Assembly (NCBI GenBank): GCA_035560855.1
Contig: DATMYT010000568.1
Location: 1-29,706 of the forward strand
Direction: 5' to 3'
Length of the DNA: 29,706 bases
Origin: Negativicutes bacterium
GTDB taxonomy: Bacteria > Bacillota > Negativicutes > UBA1444
The translations under genes were made by a program, and so were the position numbers. This document shows positions 1 to 9,892 of this stretch, one piece after another. Below the pieces are notes generated by a model, which did no database searches, was not told the DNA's origin, and was given only the letters and a program-made list of their open reading frames with translations. Every line of letters begins with the position of its first letter. Position 1 is the stretch's first letter.

Positions 1-104
1 AATTTTACCTGTCTGTCAATAGCTTTTAACGAAATTGTTAGACTAGTTCTTTTATTCAAATAGAAGTCGTGTGGCGGCCCTATAAGGTCCAATATTTCAC
101 AAAC

Positions 105-145
105 AAAAAAAGGTTGCGCCGAACTTCATAGTTTCGACACAACCT
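105..145 (-). terminator. Intrinsic terminator after yabN
   Basis: Minus strand AGGTTGTGTCGAA...TTCGGCGCAACCT stem (with G-U pairs) followed by a T run, about 55 nt after the yabN stop. Confidence 0.75.
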
Positions 146-199
146 CAACGCCAAAATCAGTTTTTATAAAATTAACCGGTAATAATCCGCACTATTATC

Positions 200-1660
200 T
201 TATTTTTTCTCCGTCGCCTTGGCCGCTTCCCACATTTCATCCATCGCTGTTAGATCAAGATTCTTCCATTTCAGCCCCTTCGCACGGACCGAAGTCTCCA
301 CTTGTTGAAAACGCCGGATGAACTTGTTGTTGGTTCCGTTCAGCGCTACTTCCGCCTCGATGCCTAGAAAACGCCCCAGATTAACTACGGCAAATATGAC
401 ATCACCAAGTTCATCTTCGATTTTCACCTTGTCTCCGCTTGTTTCCGCTTCCCGCAACTCATCCAGCTCTTCGGCTACCTTTGCCCATACGGGAGCAATG
501 TCGTCCCAATCGAATCCAACTTTAGCCGCTTTCAGCTGCAATTTATTCGCCCGTAACAGCGCCGGCAACCCTTTGGGAACGCCGTCAAGCGCCGACTGCG
601 GCTTGACCGTCTTTTCACGCCTTTTGATCGCATCCCAGTTCACGATGACTTCGGCCGCATCACGAACCGAGATATCGCCAAACACGTGAGGATGACGCCG
701 GATTAGTTTTTCTGTCACCGTGTCCACGACATTCTGCATACTGAAGTCACCGTTTTCTTCTGCCATGCGGGCATGAAAAACGATCTGCAGCAACAAGTCA
801 CCGAGTTCCTCGCACAAATGGGCCGGATCCTTTTCGTCGATGGCTTCCAACACTTCGTAGACTTCTTCGATAATATAGCGGCGCAGGGTGGCATGACTCT
901 GCTCGATGTCCCACGGGCAACCATCCGGCGAACGTAATCGAGCCATGACATCTACCACCGGGTCTAGAGAAAAAGTATTCTGGCGGGGTGAGCCATGCGG
1001 TACATATACGCTGGTCAAATGATCAAACCCGCTCTGTCGGTCCAGTTCAAAAAGCGGCACGCTTTCCACCGATTCGTCAGGCAAGCCCAGATGTCTGGCA
1101 ACAATGACCGGCGCTTCATCCTGCAATCGTTCCATCAAGCTTAGTTTTAATTCGGATGCAATGAATGGGCTAAACACTTGCGTGATAACAAGTCCAGTCG
1201 GCAAATCTGATGGTAACGTCTCGATTTCCTGCGCATCCACGATCGTCATCCCCTGCTGCGGATCAACGCCCAATCGGTTGCAAAGCAATTCAAAAAAGCT
1301 CATCCCTGGTAAAACTCTCACAGGAACCTGCTCCTCCTGTGCCTTGATGCGAATCAACCCCACCGTTTTTTCAGCAACCATCGGGCTGCCGGGCACCGCA
1401 AAGACAACGCTCTGCCCTTGTTGGGCCCGTTTCAAAACATCGGCGGCAATCGCCGCATAAATAGAATCGAAATCAGTTCCTTGTTCATATAAGGCATCAT
1501 AACTTTCAAATACAACCCCGCGCGCCTGCAATTCTCCAACGGTTGGATGAATGGCGGTACGCAATAGCAGCGTCGACGCTTGCCTCACAATATCCCAGGT
1601 TTCCAGACTCATGCAGCCGAACGGTCCCGGTCCCAAGCCAACAATCGTAATACTTCCCAT
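200..1660 (-). CDS. yabN: Bifunctional tetrapyrrole-methylase-like / MazG nucleoside triphosphate pyrophosphohydrolase (YabN family), 486 aa
   Basis: N-terminal GSITIVGLGPG and FAVPGSPMVAE (methylase-like domain); RLRSPDGCPWD, EEVYEV...EELGDLLLQ and a second EELDE...ELGDVIF MazG repeat; conserved position after mfd-yabM. Confidence 0.93.
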   Translation of the reverse strand: MGSITIVGLGPGPFGCMSLETWDIVRQASTLLLRTAIHPTVGELQARGVVFESYDALYEQGTDFDSIYAAIAADVLKRAQQGQSVVFAVPGSPMVAEKTVGLIRIKAQEEQVPVRVLPGMSFFELLCNRLGVDPQQGMTIVDAQEIETLPSDLPTGLVITQVFSPFIASELKLSLMERLQDEAPVIVARHLGLPDESVESVPLFELDRQSGFDHLTSVYVPHGSPRQNTFSLDPVVDVMARLRSPDGCPWDIEQSHATLRRYIIEEVYEVLEAIDEKDPAHLCEELGDLLLQIVFHARMAEENGDFSMQNVVDTVTEKLIRRHPHVFGDISVRDAAEVIVNWDAIKRREKTVKPQSALDGVPKGLPALLRANKLQLKAAKVGFDWDDIAPVWAKVAEELDELREAETSGDKVKIEDELGDVIFAVVNLGRFLGIEAEVALNGTNNKFIRRFQQVETSVRAKGLKWKNLDLTAMDEMWEAAKATEKK

Positions 1661-1663
1661 AAT

Positions 1664-3265
1664 TTATCGCCTCAACAAATGAATTTTATTCAAAAAGTCC
1701 ACGGCCTGCCTGCCGACAGCCGGGATTTTCAACAACTCGCGTTCGCCGATACTACCGACCATCAACAGCAGAACGGCATACACGCCGCCCCCAATCAGAA
1801 TGGCGGTTAACGTCGATAGGGTGTTTCCAATTCCTTGTGCAAAAAGCAGAGTATAAACCCCCAGACTGACAATGCCCATAACAGCAGCAGCGGTAGCAGT
1901 TTTCAAGGTATCTTTGACATCCAGGACAAAACCAATGGAGCGGTAAATAAAGAACATATTCAACAGTGCGGCAAACCCAAAGTCGGCGATCGTCGCCCAT
2001 GCAGCGCCAACAATACCGACCGATGGCATCGCCGTAAACGTCCAGCTCAGCACCACCTTGATCCCGGCAGATATAACCATATTCATGACAGGAACTGCTG
2101 TGCGGCCCAAGCCTTGAAGTACTCCGGTCGTAACCTGATGAATTCCTAAGAGGAAAATCCCCAACGCAGAAATGGCGATGCATACACCGGCTTTCGGTGT
2201 AGCATAAAGCATTGTAGATATGGGAGTCGCCAGCAGCCACATGCCGACAAACGCCGGAATCGTAATAAGGTTGGCAATTCGAAGTGCAGTAGAGGTTCGG
2301 TCGTAAATCGCCTCCCGGTCTCCCAATGTGTTGGCTTCCGATACGGAGGGAACTATACTGGCAGCCAGAGATGCGGTAAGAATGGTCGCCATATTAACGA
2401 GCGGCACTGCCATGCCGGTCAGGTAACCGAACAATTCTGTCGCCTGTTCCACCGTGTACCCCGCCACTTCCAGGCGAGGCGGCACGATTAACAGATCAAT
2501 ATTGGATACGATCGGCAGCATGATATTGGCGAGCGACACCGGCAAAGCCAACTTGACGATCCGGACGATAATGGATGTTCCTGACTCTTGCTGCAGTTGA
2601 GGTTGATGTTCCATTTGGTAGTTGCGGTCTTTCCGATATTTCCAGTAAAAAAAGAGCAACACCAATAGCCCTGTAACCGCGCCGGGTCCCGCGCCGAAGC
2701 TTGCTCCCGCTGCGGCGTATTCAAGCCCGCGCGGCAACAAAAAGTAGGCAAAGCCAACCATTGTGATCACGCGAACAAGTTGCTCAGCAATCTGCGAAAT
2801 GCCGGTCGGCAGCATCATCTGCATGCCTTGGAAATACCCTCGATAGCTCGATAAAATGGTAACAAAGAAAATGGCCGGTGCCAACGCCGCAATTGCATAA
2901 TAGGCGCGCGGATCGCGGACATACTGGTGTTCGATCAGCCACCCTGCGCCAAAATATAATAGGATTGAAAATAAAAACCCAGTCACGATCAATAACGAAA
3001 GTGAAATCCGAAAAACCCGGTTGGCCCCCCGATAATCCTGCAGTGCAGCTTTTTCAGCCACTAAAATAGAAATCGCCACCGGAATGCCCGCGGAAGAAAT
3101 GCTCAATGCCAGCAGATATATTGGATAGGCCATCTGATATAGACCGATGCCTTCGCCGCCAAGAAGCCGCGAAAGAAAAATCCGGTTGACTGACCCGATC
3201 ACTTTGACCACAATGCCAGCAACCGTTAAAATCAAGGCTCCTTTAAGAAATTTTTCCTTGCTCAA
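1664..3265 (-). CDS. yabM: MOP-superfamily (MurJ/SpoVB/YabM-type) polysaccharide/lipid II flippase, 533 aa, TTG start
   Basis: KFLKGALILTVAGIVVKVIG, LGGEGIGLYQMAYP, RGYFQG, EQLVRV motifs; many hydrophobic segments; positional match to B. subtilis yabM between mfd and yabN. Confidence 0.85.
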   Translation of the reverse strand: MSKEKFLKGALILTVAGIVVKVIGSVNRIFLSRLLGGEGIGLYQMAYPIYLLALSISSAGIPVAISILVAEKAALQDYRGANRVFRISLSLLIVTGFLFSILLYFGAGWLIEHQYVRDPRAYYAIAALAPAIFFVTILSSYRGYFQGMQMMLPTGISQIAEQLVRVITMVGFAYFLLPRGLEYAAAGASFGAGPGAVTGLLVLLFFYWKYRKDRNYQMEHQPQLQQESGTSIIVRIVKLALPVSLANIMLPIVSNIDLLIVPPRLEVAGYTVEQATELFGYLTGMAVPLVNMATILTASLAASIVPSVSEANTLGDREAIYDRTSTALRIANLITIPAFVGMWLLATPISTMLYATPKAGVCIAISALGIFLLGIHQVTTGVLQGLGRTAVPVMNMVISAGIKVVLSWTFTAMPSVGIVGAAWATIADFGFAALLNMFFIYRSIGFVLDVKDTLKTATAAAVMGIVSLGVYTLLFAQGIGNTLSTLTAILIGGGVYAVLLLMVGSIGERELLKIPAVGRQAVDFLNKIHLLRR

Positions 3266-3333
3266 ATTATGGGTGCCCTTTCTTTCCCGACATTCATTTA
3301 CTGTGTCGGACGTTTAGTACAAAATGCAAACTT

Positions 3334-3363
3334 ATAGTAACCCGTACAGGCATTTTTCGTCAA
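3334..3363 (-). promoter_or_regulatory. Putative sigma-A promoter for yabM-yabN
   Basis: TTGACG (3363-3358, overlapping the mfd stop), 18-nt spacer, TACTAT (3339-3334). Confidence 0.5.
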
Positions 3364-6300
3364 GGAGCCAGCGATGGGCCTACCTTCTGAAATACGGACA
3401 ACAACCAATTCCCAAAAGACTCTCCTGCGCCGGAAGCTTTCTTGACGCATAGCATTTGCGGCGGGCCGGCAATTATTTTCACTTGGTTGGGTGCGTGGGT
3501 GCGGAGCTCCATAAGCCCCTGCACATTAACATCCGGTTTATCCGTAAAGCTGATTTCGACCCAGTCCACTCTCTGAATCACTGACTTAACTCCCATTGCT
3601 TTTGCCACATTCTTGATTTTTGCCACAATCATCAGATTGTTCAAGGCCTCCGGCGGATCACCAAAACGGTCGATTATCTCATCGATCAGATCACTTGCCT
3701 GCGCCTCGGTCTGGATCGCCGCAATCTGTTGGTAAAGTTCAATCTTGTGCATGGCATCTTCCACATAGTCGTTCGGAATATACGCATCAAGTTTCAACTC
3801 GATCACCGGATCGGGCAGCGGCTCGACCTGTGGCCCGTCCTTCAATGTGCGAACTGCCTCGTCAAGCAATCGGCAATACATTTCAAATCCTACGCCCGCA
3901 ATATGGCCGTGCTGTTGGGCGCCGAGCAGATTGCCCGCCCCTCTGATTTCGAGATCGCGCATCGCGATTTTGAAGCCAGCTCCAAGTTCGGTAAACTCCG
4001 TAATGGCCCGCAGCCGTTTTTCCGCAATTTCGCTGATGACTTTTTGCGGCCGGTATGTCAGGTAAGCATGCGCCAAACGATCGGACCGGCCTACGCGCCC
4101 CCGCATCTGATACAGCTGGGAAAGCCCGAAATAGTCGGCGTTATAAACAATGATCGTATTGGCGTTCGCCACGTCCAGCCCGTTTTCAATAATACTGGTG
4201 CATAGCAACAAATTATAGTGTCCTTCATAGAAATCGAACATGACATCTTCAAGTACATCGTCTGACATTTTTCCATGCGCCACACCGATTTTCGCTTCCG
4301 GCGCCAACGCCTTCAGCTCGCTATGCATTCTTTCAATGCTCTCAATGCGGTTATAAACAAAATATACTTGCCCGCCCCGACCTATTTCCTGACGGATCGC
4401 TTCAGCGATCAGCGCCGGACGATATTCCACCACATACGTCTGCACCGGCAGCCGATCTTCCGGGGCGCTCTCGATGGTACTCATATCCCGCAGTCCAGCC
4501 AGGGACATATGCAGAGTACGAGGAATGGGCGTCGCCGTCAACGTAAGGATATCCAGTCCTACACTCCATTTTTTTAACCGTTCTTTCTGCGCTACGCCAA
4601 ACCGTTGCTCCTCATCCACCACGAGCAGCCCCAAATCTTTAAACCTCACATCCTGCTGCAACAGTCGATGGGTACCGATAAGAACGTCAACCGATCCCTC
4701 CGCCGTTTTCTGTAAAGTATCCCGCTGCTCGGCCGCCGAGCGAAAACGACTGACCACGCCTACCGACAAGCCGAAAGCCGCAAATCGGCTGGAAAAAGTC
4801 TGAAAGTGCTGCTGCGCCAATACGGTGGTAGGAACCAAAACCGCTACCTGTTTCCCGCTCATCACGGCCTTGAATGCGGCTCTCAGAGCCACTTCCGTCT
4901 TGCCGAAACCAACATCGCCGCACAACAAGCGATCCATAGCCTGGGGCTTTTCCATATCCGCCTTGATTTCGGCCACTGCCGACAGCTGATCCTGCGTTTC
5001 TTCAAAAGGAAAAGAGTCTTCAAATTCCACCTGCCACGGCGTATCCGGCAGAAATGCAAACCCCTGCGTCATGCTGCGCCTTGCATACAGCTCGATCAGT
5101 TCGAGGGCGAGATCGGCGACGGCCGCTTTGGCGCGGGCTTTTGTTTTGGCCCAGTCCGTTCCGCCAAGTCGCGACAATTTGGGAGCGTCTCCCTCGGAAC
5201 CGATATATTTCTGCAACATCTGAACCTGATCGGTCGGCACATACAGTTTATCGTCAACTGCATACCGGATATGGAAATAGTCCCGGTGAACTCCATTTAG
5301 CTCAATCGTTTCCACACCAATATATTTTCCGATGCCATGCGACACGTGCACTACATAGTCACCGGCCTTAAGGTCGGAGTAATCGGCGATGCGTCGGGCC
5401 TGCCCAATGCGGCTACGTCGCTGCAGTTTGAGACGACCTTTGATTTCTTTTTCCGTTACCACTGCAATGCGGTCTTCCGGCAATTCAAACCCCGCCGACA
5501 AATTCCCGGCAACTACGAAAATCCCTGTTGCCGCCATCTCATCCGTAGGCGCCGCCGCCTGCGCTTTGACTCCCTGCTGAGCCAAATTTTCCCTTAGCAC
5601 GACTGCAGACTGCAGGCTGGACATCATCAAAACAACCTGATAGTTTCGGTCTTGCCATGAAAGAATGTCATTGACTAGAAAATCAGCCTTTCGATGATAG
5701 GGTGGAATACTACGAGTCACAATTCCAATCGAGGCAGGAAAATCATCTGCATTGTCTGCCGGCGCAAGCATGGAAAAAAAGCACGCTTTTGTTTCGGACA
5801 TGGCCTGCTCTTTTAGTTCTTTCCAGCTGACTCCGCGTACTGCGGCGCTTGCATCCGCTTTTTGCAGGCCGTCAATCGTTTCTTTCAGTCGGGATGCCTC
5901 ATCAAAAATCACTGCAGCGCCCGACGGCAGATAGGAAATCACCGTCCCTTCCGCCGACAGCCCTTCCGCATCGACGGATGGCAACAAAGTGACCGATTCC
6001 AAAGTTTTCACAGAACGCTGGGTCACGGGATGAAACTCGCGAACAGAATCAACCACGTCGCCAAAAAGTTCGATACGAACCGGCATCTCCAGATTCACGG
6101 AAAAAATGTCAATGATCCCGCCCCGACTGCTGAAGTGTCCCACGGAATCCACTCGATCAACCCGTTCATAGCCATACTCCATCAAACGGGAAAGTAGCTC
6201 TTCGCGTTCCACTGTTTCGCCCACCCGGAAACTGCAGCTATTTTTGTAGAACAGCTTGGGCAAAGGCACACGCATGGCCGCTGCTTCAATCGTCGTCAAA

Positions 6301-6659
6301 ACCAGGACCGGCTCGCCCGCGTTCATCCGGGAGAGGGTTTCCGTCCGTTGCCGTGCCAATTCCAGACTACGGGCCATCGCTTTCACCGAAGACGCCGGAT
6401 CGCTGACCGGCAGTTCCAGGATAACGCGATTTGGGCATAGGAGTGCCAGATCGTTTCGATACGCTTCAAGTGCATCTCTGGCAGCAGTTACTATCAAAAC
6501 CGGCGTTTCTTGGTTTTCCGCCAGAAGCGCCGCCAGCACGCTTCGCAACGCGCCGGAGATTCCGTGAACCGATACCGGCTCACGGCCTTCTCGCCGAAAT
6601 AGTGCAGCTACTCTGCCGACATTTTCTTTTTGGACCACACTGTGAAGAAGAGTATGCAT
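3360..6659 (-). CDS. mfd: Transcription-repair coupling factor Mfd, about 1099 aa (start moved from 6728 to ATG 6659)
   Basis: UvrB-like N-terminus, CarD/RID region (GDYVVHVSHGIGKY), GDVGFGKT Walker A, DEEQRFG, QMRGRVGR, DLEIRGAGNLLG, C-terminal TRCF domain; GAAAGGAAAG SD just before ATG 6659. Confidence 0.97.
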   Translation of the reverse strand: MHTLLHSVVQKENVGRVAALFRREGREPVSVHGISGALRSVLAALLAENQETPVLIVTAARDALEAYRNDLALLCPNRVILELPVSDPASSVKAMARSLELARQRTETLSRMNAGEPVLVLTTIEAAAMRVPLPKLFYKNSCSFRVGETVEREELLSRLMEYGYERVDRVDSVGHFSSRGGIIDIFSVNLEMPVRIELFGDVVDSVREFHPVTQRSVKTLESVTLLPSVDAEGLSAEGTVISYLPSGAAVIFDEASRLKETIDGLQKADASAAVRGVSWKELKEQAMSETKACFFSMLAPADNADDFPASIGIVTRSIPPYHRKADFLVNDILSWQDRNYQVVLMMSSLQSAVVLRENLAQQGVKAQAAAPTDEMAATGIFVVAGNLSAGFELPEDRIAVVTEKEIKGRLKLQRRSRIGQARRIADYSDLKAGDYVVHVSHGIGKYIGVETIELNGVHRDYFHIRYAVDDKLYVPTDQVQMLQKYIGSEGDAPKLSRLGGTDWAKTKARAKAAVADLALELIELYARRSMTQGFAFLPDTPWQVEFEDSFPFEETQDQLSAVAEIKADMEKPQAMDRLLCGDVGFGKTEVALRAAFKAVMSGKQVAVLVPTTVLAQQHFQTFSSRFAAFGLSVGVVSRFRSAAEQRDTLQKTAEGSVDVLIGTHRLLQQDVRFKDLGLLVVDEEQRFGVAQKERLKKWSVGLDILTLTATPIPRTLHMSLAGLRDMSTIESAPEDRLPVQTYVVEYRPALIAEAIRQEIGRGGQVYFVYNRIESIERMHSELKALAPEAKIGVAHGKMSDDVLEDVMFDFYEGHYNLLLCTSIIENGLDVANANTIIVYNADYFGLSQLYQMRGRVGRSDRLAHAYLTYRPQKVISEIAEKRLRAITEFTELGAGFKIAMRDLEIRGAGNLLGAQQHGHIAGVGFEMYCRLLDEAVRTLKDGPQVEPLPDPVIELKLDAYIPNDYVEDAMHKIELYQQIAAIQTEAQASDLIDEIIDRFGDPPEALNNLMIVAKIKNVAKAMGVKSVIQRVDWVEISFTDKPDVNVQGLMELRTHAPNQVKIIAGPPQMLCVKKASGAGESFGNWLLSVFQKVGPSLAP

Positions 6660-6740
6660 TCTTTCCTTTCCACGCCGACAAGGGCCTCGGCAGCGCCGAA
6701 GCCCTCTGGCTATTTCTTTTGCATTCAATAGATCAGACTA

Positions 6741-7385
6741 TTACAGATTCGCTGCTTTCCAGTCATCTAGAAAACGCTGAATACCGGCGTCTGTAAGCGG
6801 ATGCTTCACAATCGACATCAATACTTTGTAGGGAATGGTGGCGATATGGGCCCCAGCCAGCGCCGCTTGCGTGACATGCATCGGATGTCGGATACTGGCT
6901 GCGATAACCTCGGTATCGATGTCATGAATGTCAAAGATATCAATAATTGTTTTCACAAGATGGATGCCCTCTTCACTGATATCATCCAGCCTGCCTACGA
7001 AGGGGCTGACAAAAACCGCACCGGCCCGGGCCGCCATCAGCGCTTGGTTGGCGGAAAAAACGAGCGTTACATTGGTCGGGATATCCTCTAGCGACAGAGC
7101 ATGCACTGCCTTGAGACCCTCTAACGTCATCGGGATCTTGACCACGACATTCTCAGCCAGAGCAGCCAGTTCCCGCCCTTCGGCAATCATTTCCGGCGCA
7201 GTGGTGGCAATCACCTCTGCACTAACCGGACCTTCGACAATCTCACAGATTTCTCGAATGACAGAATGAATATTTTGCTTTTCTTTGGCAATAAGGGAAG
7301 GATTGGTGGTCACTCCATCCAAAAGTCCCAGTTGCGCCACTTCTTGTATTTCTTTAACATTGGCTGTATCTAGAAAAAAACGCAT
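6741..7385 (-). CDS. tal: Transaldolase (short Tal/FSA family, transaldolase type), 214 aa
   Basis: [21 protein letters not shown] Schiff-base Lys; Glu in VSAEV and Phe in SPFVGR, the residues that separate Tal from FSA (Gln/Tyr); AAGGGGG SD. Confidence 0.92.
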   Translation of the reverse strand: MRFFLDTANVKEIQEVAQLGLLDGVTTNPSLIAKEKQNIHSVIREICEIVEGPVSAEVIATTAPEMIAEGRELAALAENVVVKIPMTLEGLKAVHALSLEDIPTNVTLVFSANQALMAARAGAVFVSPFVGRLDDISEEGIHLVKTIIDIFDIHDIDTEVIAASIRHPMHVTQAALAGAHIATIPYKVLMSIVKHPLTDAGIQRFLDDWKAANL

Positions 7386-7414
7386 TTTAGTTCCCCCTTC
7401 TTTTTATTAAAATA

Positions 7415-9883
7415 CTACCGTAATCGAGGTCGTACTTCGTCGAGCAATAAATTATCCGGTTGGCGCGGCAACAATGGTGCTTTTCCTGCAGGGATCGGCA
7501 GCGGCTCAATCAAGTTTCGTCCTGAAACAGTTGGTTTTCCCGCAACTCTCTGCCCAATAACCAGTTGGTACACATCTTGTCGCTCATCCCAAGCAAAAGC
7601 AATTTCATGTCGGTCTCCCGACAAGACAATTTCCTGAATCGGCTGGCCGTTTTTCAGCAAAGTTGCGTGCAAGCCGCTTCCCCAGTATCGGAGAGGCATT
7701 CTGAGCGTCAGATTATGCCTATGGTCCCGGTCCACCGGAATGAATCGGCCGAGAAAGTCGAGCGAAAACTCTGCCCCGCCCGCCGCCTCTTTAAGCAAGG
7801 GGCCAACCAAAACCAAAGGCTCAGGCCAATAATAGTCAAGATACTCACGAACCAAAGTGCTCGCCGTTCCAAAATGAAGCAACCCTTTTTGAACATATTC
7901 CCGTTTTAGGAATCCAAGGTGGTCATCTAAAGCCTGATAGTGTTTTCCAACCGTACTTTTCCATCCTTGCGATCCCATAATGAACATCGCATGGGAAAAC
8001 CCGACGATAGAATGCACTCCGGCGCGCACTTTACCCCCATCAACAAATTCATTGACTCCCTGACGAACTTTTTCGTTCAGGACTGCTGTAGAATCGATAT
8101 CGTACATGATAAGCTGGCGCGGCGTCGGACGGAATTCGACAAGACCAAGTTTTTTTAGATCAGTGGCCGGCGCGTTGATGTCATCTTGAGGTGTTAGGTA
8201 TAATGCCTTGCTATAATCACCGGAGGTAATTCCCCCTGCATTTCCATCGGCGTCACTGTTTCCCCATAGTCCAGCGGCCCGATAAGCACGAATGCTCATG
8301 GCCTCTGACTCAGGACCATTTCCAAAATCAAAAGAGCCTGTCCTTGCAGTTAATACCTCTCCTGACGGGAAATAAAGCGTCAATTTATTCAGTTCCCTCA
8401 AATGATAAAACAAAACTCCAGTTCGAGTAGACCGTTGGTTGGCATCTCCCTCAACAGGAAATGAGTGAGCCCACCCGTGACGAAGATGATTCGCCCAAAA
8501 ACCGTCTGTAGCCGCATTATAGGATAATACATTCCCGGAAACTTCGGGATCATAATCCGAGTGCAGGTGCAGCGCGTACTCATGTCCACGCTTAGACTGA
8601 TCGCGAACAGATTGCCGTACCTGGGCCAACGCAGAACGCCAATCTTGTTTTGCGGAAATGCTGGCGGCCCACTCGCCTGCTGCCAGCGCCGGCATTGCAA
8701 GATAGTGAGTCCAGAAAGCCCCATGCTTTTCTGCAATCCGGTTCAGCGCTTCCGCTTTACCAACCAACTGTACCCGGAATTCCTCGGCATCAAGCCAACC
8801 ATTCTGGTTTCCCCAGGCCGTCGGATATCCCGCCGCATCCATCGGTTCCAGATCTTCGGTCATAACATAAAAAATTTTGCCTGGCGCAGGGTCAACCACA
8901 TCGATTCTGGCGACGGTCTGCGCCAGCGTTTTATTGACGCTCAGTTGCAAACTCCATGGCTGTCCCAAATTGACTGTCGAAGCCCTTTGAGCCTTTATTG
9001 TCCATGATAAGGAAACGGTTTCGCCCACAGCAAGTCGGGAAATATTCTGCGTTGAATTCCCGGCAATAACTAACCCATAACCATAGGGCTCCAGCACCCG
9101 AACCGAAAGATTTTCCAGAACCTTATCCGTCACATTGACAACATCCGATACTACGGTAAGAGTGTCGCCCTGCATCGCTTGGGGCGGCACAGACCGCCAG
9201 ACGATTTTAGTTCCTTCCACCTGGGTTCCGGAAGACTTCAGCTCCGTAATCAACGCATGCTGTCCATTACCGGATTCAACACTGACCCGGTATCGGGCAA
9301 TTGCTTCCGGAATGAAGGCCGGAACCTGGGATGAGAAAAGCTCCGCCGGATGAACCTGTTCCTGAACCCAGCCGCCTTGATAATTGTTCGCGAGGCGTCG
9401 GTCAATCCAAACCGTTTTGTCCCTTTTTTCTGGCATGTTGCCTGTAAAGACGTAGCCGACCGTCGCAATCGTCCGTTCATCTTTCCCTATGGCCGCGATG
9501 CTCATACGACCTGTTCCCTGTGTAGAAAGAAATTGAAACCGATATTTCAGCTCAGCGTCCGCATCGTTCATGTCCAAAAAATATTCCGTCCGAGCTCCGA
9601 CACCGGCAGCCATTTCCAATGCTTGCGGCGCAAGTAGTCCTGCACCAGTTACAACACGGGAAAAAGTTTCAGCCCCTTCAGTCACCAAATTCCCCGGCAA
9701 ATTCCACTCGCTTTTCTGGTCAGGTGGTAAATCCTTTAGTCCAGCAACCGCGGAATGCTTCTGCGTGACAGAGTTTATACCGGCCCCCTGAGTTGAGTCC
9801 GGTATAATCGAAGACAGGGACTCGCAACCACTCACAAGGAATAAACAAACTAACAATAACAAACCCAGTACTTTTCGAATCAT
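7415..9883 (-). CDS. Hypothetical multidomain lipoprotein with a putative polysaccharide-deacetylase-like (NodB/CE4-like) catalytic domain, 822 aa
   Basis: Signal peptide with lipobox VSGC (Cys20); Ig-like segment around aa 225-330; TEDLE (342-346), HEYALHLH (434-441), ARTG (513-516), GFSH (628-631). CDS status is solid; function is inferred. Confidence 0.75.
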   Translation of the reverse strand: MIRKVLGLLLLVCLFLVSGCESLSSIIPDSTQGAGINSVTQKHSAVAGLKDLPPDQKSEWNLPGNLVTEGAETFSRVVTGAGLLAPQALEMAAGVGARTEYFLDMNDADAELKYRFQFLSTQGTGRMSIAAIGKDERTIATVGYVFTGNMPEKRDKTVWIDRRLANNYQGGWVQEQVHPAELFSSQVPAFIPEAIARYRVSVESGNGQHALITELKSSGTQVEGTKIVWRSVPPQAMQGDTLTVVSDVVNVTDKVLENLSVRVLEPYGYGLVIAGNSTQNISRLAVGETVSLSWTIKAQRASTVNLGQPWSLQLSVNKTLAQTVARIDVVDPAPGKIFYVMTEDLEPMDAAGYPTAWGNQNGWLDAEEFRVQLVGKAEALNRIAEKHGAFWTHYLAMPALAAGEWAASISAKQDWRSALAQVRQSVRDQSKRGHEYALHLHSDYDPEVSGNVLSYNAATDGFWANHLRHGWAHSFPVEGDANQRSTRTGVLFYHLRELNKLTLYFPSGEVLTARTGSFDFGNGPESEAMSIRAYRAAGLWGNSDADGNAGGITSGDYSKALYLTPQDDINAPATDLKKLGLVEFRPTPRQLIMYDIDSTAVLNEKVRQGVNEFVDGGKVRAGVHSIVGFSHAMFIMGSQGWKSTVGKHYQALDDHLGFLKREYVQKGLLHFGTASTLVREYLDYYWPEPLVLVGPLLKEAAGGAEFSLDFLGRFIPVDRDHRHNLTLRMPLRYWGSGLHATLLKNGQPIQEIVLSGDRHEIAFAWDERQDVYQLVIGQRVAGKPTVSGRNLIEPLPIPAGKAPLLPRQPDNLLLDEVRPRLR

Positions 9884-9892
9884 AATCCCATA

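Noticed and set aside
14-19. TTGACA on the minus strand at the window edge
   Set aside because: A perfect -35 that may serve the next gene, but its -10 would lie outside the window, so it cannot be supported.
3287-3309. CCGACA/TGTCGG hairpin in the yabM leader
   Set aside because: A 6-bp stem with an 11-nt loop and no U tract; too weak to call.
6660-6728. N-terminal extension of Mfd (MNAKEIARG...)
   Set aside because: It runs through the intergenic hairpin; the SD supports ATG 6659.
6741-7385. Fructose-6-phosphate aldolase (fsa) call
   Set aside because: The diagnostic Glu and Phe are of the transaldolase type.
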